Below are positions 58,885 to 64,000 of a stretch of 64,000 bases of DNA, one piece after another. The stretch lies in the NCBI GenBank assembly GCA_963766735.1, contig CAVYBU010000003.1:192001-256000 (forward strand), in the 5' to 3' direction. This stretch comes from an uncultured Chloroflexia bacterium (lineage in GTDB: Bacteria; Chloroflexota; Limnocylindria; Limnocylindrales; CSP1-4). Position numbers and translations under genes: made by a program. The notes beneath the pieces were generated by a model that was not told the DNA's origin, ran no database searches, and saw only the letters and a program-made list of their open reading frames with translations. Every line of letters starts with the position of its first letter. Position 1 is the first letter of the stretch.

Positions 58885-59559
58885 GTGTCCGCGACCATTG
58901 CCCGGCGAGGCGTCTTCATCACCCTCGAGGGCCCGGATGGGTCCGGCAAGTCCAGCCTGATGCCCCGGCTGGCAGGGGTTCTGCGGGCGCGCGGCTGCGA
59001 CGTGGTCGCGACGCGAGAGCCCGGTTCCACCCCCTTGGGCGAGCAGATGCGCCGGCTGGTGCTGGACACGGAGCCCCGCATCGACCGCACGGGCCGCGCG
59101 GACGCGCTGCTGTTCGCCGCCTCGCGGGCCCAGCACGTTGCGGAGATCATCGAGCCCGCCATCGCGCGCGGTGCCGTGGTCCTCTGCGACAGGTACGCAG
59201 ACTCCTCGCTCGCCTATCAGGGGGCCGGCTCCGGGGTGCCGATGGACGAGCTGCGCGCGGTCCAGCACTTCGCCACGGGTGGCCTCGCCCCCGACCTGAC
59301 GATCCTCCTGGACCTGCCCGTGGAGGCCGGTCTGAGCCGCAAGGCGGACGAGGTCACGCGGTTCGAGGCGTACCAGGATCTCGCCTATCACGAGCGCGTG
59401 CGCGCGGCCTTCCTGGGGTTCGCGGCCGCGGAGCCTGACCGCTACGCAATCGTGGACGCGAGCGGGGACGCGGACACCGTCCTCGAAGGCGCAGTGGCTG
59501 CGCTGGCCCGCATCGCGGACAGGCTGCCGTGCCCCGGAGGGCCAACCCGCCTCGCCTGA
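58885..59559 (+). CDS. tmk: Thymidylate kinase
   Basis: FITLEGPDGSGKS, TREPG, LFAASRAQH, CDRYADSSLAYQG; leaderless TACACT-N7-GTG. Confidence 0.95.
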   Translation: MSATIARRGVFITLEGPDGSGKSSLMPRLAGVLRARGCDVVATREPGSTPLGEQMRRLVLDTEPRIDRTGRADALLFAASRAQHVAEIIEPAIARGAVVLCDRYADSSLAYQGAGSGVPMDELRAVQHFATGGLAPDLTILLDLPVEAGLSRKADEVTRFEAYQDLAYHERVRAAFLGFAAAEPDRYAIVDASGDADTVLEGAVAALARIADRLPCPGGPTRLA

Positions 59560-59603
59560 CCTGCCCGGCGGGCAGCCCGATCGTGCCCGGCGCCTCGCCT
59601 GAC

Positions 59604-60617
59604 CTACCCGGCTGCCTCGATGATCGCCGCCGGCTCCCCTGCGCCCTTGACCGCAGCTCGCGCCGCGGCCAGCACCGTCTCGGCATCCACGCCGTCCTGC
59701 GGGAACCGGGCGACGCCCGCGCTGACCGTTACGGTCCGACCGTCAACGGCGTCCAGCCGGGCGATCCCGTCCAGCACCCGCCGCGCGACCGTGACGCCCG
59801 CGGAGCCCGGGGCGACCAGCACGAACTCGTCGGCGCCGGTGCGGGCGATCGTGTCCACGAGACGCACGGTCTCGGCGAGGATCGTCGCGACCTGGCGCAG
59901 GACCTGGTCCCCGGCCGGGGCGCCCGCGGCGACGTTGAGGGCCGTGAAGGCATCGATGTCGAAGACGGCAACGGAGACCTCGCTGCCCTGCCGCTGGGCC
60001 CGGGCCACCTCGAGCTCCAGGACGCGTGCCAGGGTCCGGTCGTTGGCAAGACCCGTCAGGCCATCGGTGTGGGTGATCCGCTGCAGCCACTCCGCCCGCT
60101 CGGACACCATTGACGCCAGCCGGAACGCGGAGATCGTCGCCGCGGCCAGGTCCGCGGTCCCGACCAGCAGCGCCTCCTCGTCCGTGTCCACGTGGTGGGT
60201 GCCTGGCCAGCCGAACGACAGGACGCCCACGCAGTACTCCGCCCCGCCGCCACTCGCGACGACCAGGGGCAGATCCGCGAACGTCATCGGCAGCCCATCG
60301 GGCGCCGTGCCGTCCCGGCCCAGGGATCCCGTGCGATCCAGCGCAGCGCGGCGGATCGGATGATCCGGGTCTCCGGAGACTTCCGCCGCGATGGCAGTGG
60401 CCCCCGCATCGTCGATGCCCAGCGTCACCAGCATCTCCAGCCCGTCGCGGTCCGGGTCATGGCCAAAGACGGCAGCGACGGGCGCCCCGACGGCTGTTGC
60501 CCCGGCCTGGACGATCACAGCCAGGGCGGTATCCAGGTCGGCTGCCCGCGCGAGCGCCGCGGCGCCGGCGGAGAGGACGGCGAGGGGGCCGCGATCGGGG
60601 ACGGTGGGTTCGGACAC
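59604..60617 (-). CDS. GAF + GGDEF diguanylate cyclase
   Basis: GAF region, then TDGLTGLAN, FDIDAF, GDQVLR, ARTGADEF, VSAGVA; GGAGG RBS before GTG. Confidence 0.85.
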   Translation of the reverse strand: MSEPTVPDRGPLAVLSAGAAALARAADLDTALAVIVQAGATAVGAPVAAVFGHDPDRDGLEMLVTLGIDDAGATAIAAEVSGDPDHPIRRAALDRTGSLGRDGTAPDGLPMTFADLPLVVASGGGAEYCVGVLSFGWPGTHHVDTDEEALLVGTADLAAATISAFRLASMVSERAEWLQRITHTDGLTGLANDRTLARVLELEVARAQRQGSEVSVAVFDIDAFTALNVAAGAPAGDQVLRQVATILAETVRLVDTIARTGADEFVLVAPGSAGVTVARRVLDGIARLDAVDGRTVTVSAGVARFPQDGVDAETVLAAARAAVKGAGEPAAIIEAAG

Positions 60618-60775
60618 GTGTGCCTCCGCGTGCTGCTCGCTCGAGACCGGTCGCGGGATCGACCCGGGGCGTCCATCGCACCCGAGCGGCGCGATTGGGA
60701 TCGTACACCGGGCATCCATCCGGGTTCGGGTCAACGGGTGCATCGGGGTTGCGTCGGTGGGCTATCCTCCGCCTC

Positions 60776-61105
60776 GTGAAGCTCGTCGTGGCCATCGTGC
60801 ACAATGAAGACGCCCGCGCCCTTGTGGATGCCCTGCTCGAACGCGAGTTCCGGGCAACCCGCCTCAACAGCTCCGGCGGGTTCCTCAAGCAGTCCAACGC
60901 CACGGTCATGCTGGGCGTCGAGGACGACGAGGTGGACGAGGTCATGGGGATCGTCCGTGAGGCGTGCCATGCGCGTACCCAGATCGTGAACCCGATGCCG
61001 CCGATCATGGAGCCGGGCGAGTTCTTCATGCCGTACCCGCTCGAGGTCGAGGTGGGCGGCGCCACCGTCTTCGTCCTTCCGGTGGAGCGCTTCGAGCGCC
61101 TGTGA
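60776..61105 (+). CDS. darA: Cyclic-di-AMP receptor, PII-like (DarA/PstA)
   Basis: KLVVAIVHNED, TRLNSSGGFLKQSNAT, VEVGGATVFVLPVERF. Confidence 0.92.
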   Translation: MKLVVAIVHNEDARALVDALLEREFRATRLNSSGGFLKQSNATVMLGVEDDEVDEVMGIVREACHARTQIVNPMPPIMEPGEFFMPYPLEVEVGGATVFVLPVERFERL

Positions 61106-61113
61106 GGTTCTGA

Positions 61114-62046
61114 GTGAACCGCCTGATGCGCAAGGTCCTGCTCTGGTGCGCCCGCAGCCCCTGGCTGGGCGAGCGCCTCCCGAACCTTCCCTTCATGAAG
61201 CGGGCCGTCCACCGGTTCATGCCGGGCGAGGCGATCGAGGACGCTCTGGGCGTGGCGGTGGAACTCCAGGTGCTGGGGATCGGCACGCTGTACACGAAGC
61301 TCGGCGAGGCGATCACGGACGCGGTGGGGGCCCAGGCCGTGGCCGACCACTACCAGGAGCTCCTCGAGAGGATCAAGGCCGCGGAGATCGACGGTGAGAT
61401 CAGCGTCAAGCCCACGCAGCTTGGCCTGGACATCGACGAGGATGTCTGCTTCGGGCACCTGCGCGTGCTGGCCGCGGCGGCCGAGGCCCAGGGGACCTGG
61501 CTCTGGATCGACATGGAAGACAGCACCTACGTGGACCGGACGCTGGACCTGTACCAGCGGCTCCGGGCCTCGCACGCGAACACGGGCATCTGTCTCCAGG
61601 CCTACCTCCGGCGCACGGCGAAGGACGTGGAGCGGCTGCTGCCGCTCGGCCCGGCCATCCGCCTGGTCAAGGGCGCCTACGACGAGCCGCCGGCGGTGGC
61701 GTTCAAGACGAAGAAGGAGGTCGACGCCAACTTCCTCGGCCTTGCGGTCACCATGATCCGGGAGAGCCGGACCAGGCCGATGCGGGTGGGCCTGGGTACG
61801 CACGACGTGGAGCTGATCGAGCAGATCGCGACGCATGCGGCGGCGGCCGGGGTGCCGAAGGACGGGTTCGAGATCCAGATGCTCTACGGGATCCGGGCCA
61901 GGGAGCAGCGACGCCTGGCGCGTTCCGGGTACAAGGTGCAGACCCTGATCGCCTACGGCGCCGCGTGGTATCGCTGGTACATGCGCCGCCTGGCCGAGCG
62001 GCCCGCGAACGTGCTGTTCGCGCTGCGGCAGCTGCTCCCGGGCTGA
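61114..62046 (+). CDS. Monofunctional proline dehydrogenase
   Basis: RFMPGE, SVKPTQLG, IDMED, LQAYLRR, RLVKGAY, QMLYGIR, YMRRLAERPAN. Confidence 0.93.
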   Translation: MNRLMRKVLLWCARSPWLGERLPNLPFMKRAVHRFMPGEAIEDALGVAVELQVLGIGTLYTKLGEAITDAVGAQAVADHYQELLERIKAAEIDGEISVKPTQLGLDIDEDVCFGHLRVLAAAAEAQGTWLWIDMEDSTYVDRTLDLYQRLRASHANTGICLQAYLRRTAKDVERLLPLGPAIRLVKGAYDEPPAVAFKTKKEVDANFLGLAVTMIRESRTRPMRVGLGTHDVELIEQIATHAAAAGVPKDGFEIQMLYGIRAREQRRLARSGYKVQTLIAYGAAWYRWYMRRLAERPANVLFALRQLLPG

Positions 62047-62141
62047 TCGCTCCAGCGCCGCAGGATCCGCGACCTGCGCGCGGTGGCGTGTCGGCTCACC
62101 GGTGGGTACGCTCCCGCCCCGGCGCGGTACGCTCCGCGGCG

Positions 62142-62720
62142 ATGGTCTCCCGGTTCGGCATCCTGGCCTCCGACGCGCCCGACGTCGTTGCGGCGTGGCG
62201 CGGCATCAACGCGGGCACTCCGATCAGCGTCCGCCGCGAGGTCCGACGGCGGGCCGGCGCGGGCAGCACAGAGCTGATCGTCCCGCAGCTGGCGGCGGTG
62301 GCGGCGGCGCTTGCGAGCGTCGTTGCGGCGCTGCCGGAGAGGGCGTTCGCCCTGCCGGGCGGCGAGGAGGACTGGAACGTCGCCCAGGCGATCGGGCACA
62401 CGGCGAGCGCCCGGGCGGGGCTCGTGACGGCGGCATCGCTGGCGGCTTCCGCCCGCTGGCCGGCAGATGCGCCGGTCGTCGTGCCCGGGGTGCCAGGCCC
62501 CGGCGGGGCCGGGCGTGAGGATCTCGTGCGGAGGCTGGCAACGAGCCAGCGGATCATCGAGCGCGCAGCCCGGAGCATCGCCGGTCACGAGACCGAGCCG
62601 TGCCCTCTGGACCATCCGCTCGTCGGGCGGCTCCGGTGCGGGGAGTGGCTTCTGTTCTCGGGCGTCCATGACCTGATGCACCTCGAGCAGCTCGAGGACC
62701 TGGAGGCCTCCCTGGCATGA
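62142..62720 (+). CDS. DinB-family four-helix protein
   Basis: WNVAQAIGH, HPLVGRL..EWL..HDLMHLEQL. Confidence 0.8.
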   Translation: MVSRFGILASDAPDVVAAWRGINAGTPISVRREVRRRAGAGSTELIVPQLAAVAAALASVVAALPERAFALPGGEEDWNVAQAIGHTASARAGLVTAASLAASARWPADAPVVVPGVPGPGGAGREDLVRRLATSQRIIERAARSIAGHETEPCPLDHPLVGRLRCGEWLLFSGVHDLMHLEQLEDLEASLA

Positions 62721-63250
62721 GCGTCCGCCCCGATCTCGTCGAGTGCTGGGTGTTCCGGGTCCTGCCGCCGGCGGATCCGTCGGATGCGCGCCCCGCCGCC
62801 GAACGCCTGGAGATCCTCCTGATCCGCCGGGCGCCTCACCGGATCTTCCCCGGCCTGTGGCAGTGCGTCACCGGTGGCGTGGAGCCGGGCGAGCGGATCC
62901 CGGCCGCGGCGATGCGCGAGGTGGTGGAGGAGACGGGCCTTGGCGCGGCCGACATCGAGGCCTTCTACGACCTGGACCAGGCCGCACCGTTCTACGACGA
63001 GGGCTCGGACGCCGTCGTCGTGAGCGCGATCTTCGCCGCCCGGGTTCGTCCGGATGCGGCCGCCCGTCCGTCCCACGAGCATGACGACATGCGCTGGGTG
63101 CCTGCGGCCGCGGCGCCGGGCCTCGCTGTCTGGCCGTCCTATGCGGAATCCGTGCGGCGCGTGCGGGACCTGCTGCTGGACCCGGAGCTCGCTCGCTGGT
63201 TCCTGCTGGACGCTGGCGGGCGGCGTGTCGCGCGGCGCCCGATGGCCTGA
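62717..63250 (+). CDS. NUDIX hydrolase
   Basis: WQCVTGGVEPGE..AAMREVVEETGL, SHEHDDMRW. Confidence 0.9.
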   Translation: MSVRPDLVECWVFRVLPPADPSDARPAAERLEILLIRRAPHRIFPGLWQCVTGGVEPGERIPAAAMREVVEETGLGAADIEAFYDLDQAAPFYDEGSDAVVVSAIFAARVRPDAAARPSHEHDDMRWVPAAAAPGLAVWPSYAESVRRVRDLLLDPELARWFLLDAGGRRVARRPMA

Positions 63251-63254
63251 CCGC

Positions 63255-64000
63255 TCAGTAGACCTCGGGGATGAACGTCTGCTCGTCCATCGGCGGGCGG
63301 ACGTAGCCGCGGTCCGGCTCCCGCGGCGGCAGGACAATCGGTTCCGGCGTCAGGTCCTCGTACGGGATCAGCGACAGCAGGTGGTGGATGACGTTGAGGC
63401 GGGCGCGCCTCTTGTCGTCGCCGGTGACCACGTACCAGGGCGCCTGCTTGATGTCCGTGTGGCGGAACATCTCGTCTTTCGCGATCGAATACTCCACCCA
63501 GCGCGTCCGCGACATCAGGTCCATCGGCGAGAGCTTCCAGCGCTTGGTCGGATCCTTGATGCGGGCCTGGAACCGGCGCTCCTGCTCCGCGTCGCTGACG
63601 GAGAACCAGTACTTGATGAGGATGATCCCGGAGCGGACGAGCATCCGCTCGAACTCGGGACAGGAGCGGTAGAACTCCTCTATCTCGGCCGCCGTGGCAA
63701 AGCCCATGACCCGCTCCACGCCGGCACGGTTGTACCAGCTGCGGTCCAGCAGGACGATCTCGCCGGCCGCGGGCAGGTGGGCCGCATAGCGCTGGAAGTA
63801 CCACTGGGTCCGCTGGCGCTCGGTTGGCGCCGGCAGGGCCACGATCCGGGCGACGCGGGGATTGAGGCCGAGGGTGATCGTCTTGATCGCCCCGCCCTTC
63901 CCGGCGGCATCCCTCCCCTCGAAGATCACGACCACCTTGAGGCTGCGCGCCTTGACCCACTCCTGCAGCTTCGAGAGCTCCACCTGGAGCTTCTGGAGCT
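63255..64000 (-). CDS. ppk2: Polyphosphate kinase 2 (5' end beyond the window)
   Basis: FEGRDAAGKGG, WYFQRY, DRSWYNRAGVERVMGF, WKLSPMD. Confidence 0.95.
   Translation of the reverse strand, partial: LQKLQVELSKLQEWVKARSLKVVVIFEGRDAAGKGGAIKTITLGLNPRVARIVALPAPTERQRTQWYFQRYAAHLPAAGEIVLLDRSWYNRAGVERVMGFATAAEIEEFYRSCPEFERMLVRSGIILIKYWFSVSDAEQERRFQARIKDPTKRWKLSPMDLMSRTRWVEYSIAKDEMFRHTDIKQAPWYVVTGDDKRRARLNVIHHLLSLIPYEDLTPEPIVLPPREPDRGYVRPPMDEQTFIPEVY

Overview
High-GC (about 70% by eye) bacterial chromosomal segment with about 60 genes. Gene content and frequent leaderless TANNNT-N6-8-ATG starts suggest Chloroflexota or another Terrabacteria lineage (inference). Main blocks: a frameshift-damaged surface-protein region (1-3.3 kb); two vapBC toxin-antitoxin pairs with palindromic operators; a glucosylglycerate synthesis cluster (Ggs-like, USP-USP-GpgS fusion, glycerate kinase); a sugar-phosphate-utilisation (SPU-type) bacterial microcompartment operon (18.7-25.5 kb); pdxST; a phospholipid operon; tldD/pmbA; a membrane-bound group 1 [NiFe]-hydrogenase operon; and tmk, darA, proline dehydrogenase and ppk2. 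The most unusual element lies at 38-51 kb. Four translationally coupled paralogous membrane proteins each stop just after the first part of a GAF-like fold. The next gene starts with what looks like the missing remainder of that GAF, fused to a PP2C phosphatase and an anti-sigma-type kinase, and two STAS proteins follow. This is a candidate split-GAF, interchangeable-receptor signalling system. Three promoters in this locus share a heptamer direct-repeat architecture that points to the divergent SARP/BTAD regulator. No rRNA, tRNA, CRISPR array or transposase was recognised. All product calls come from motif recognition by eye, not database searches.
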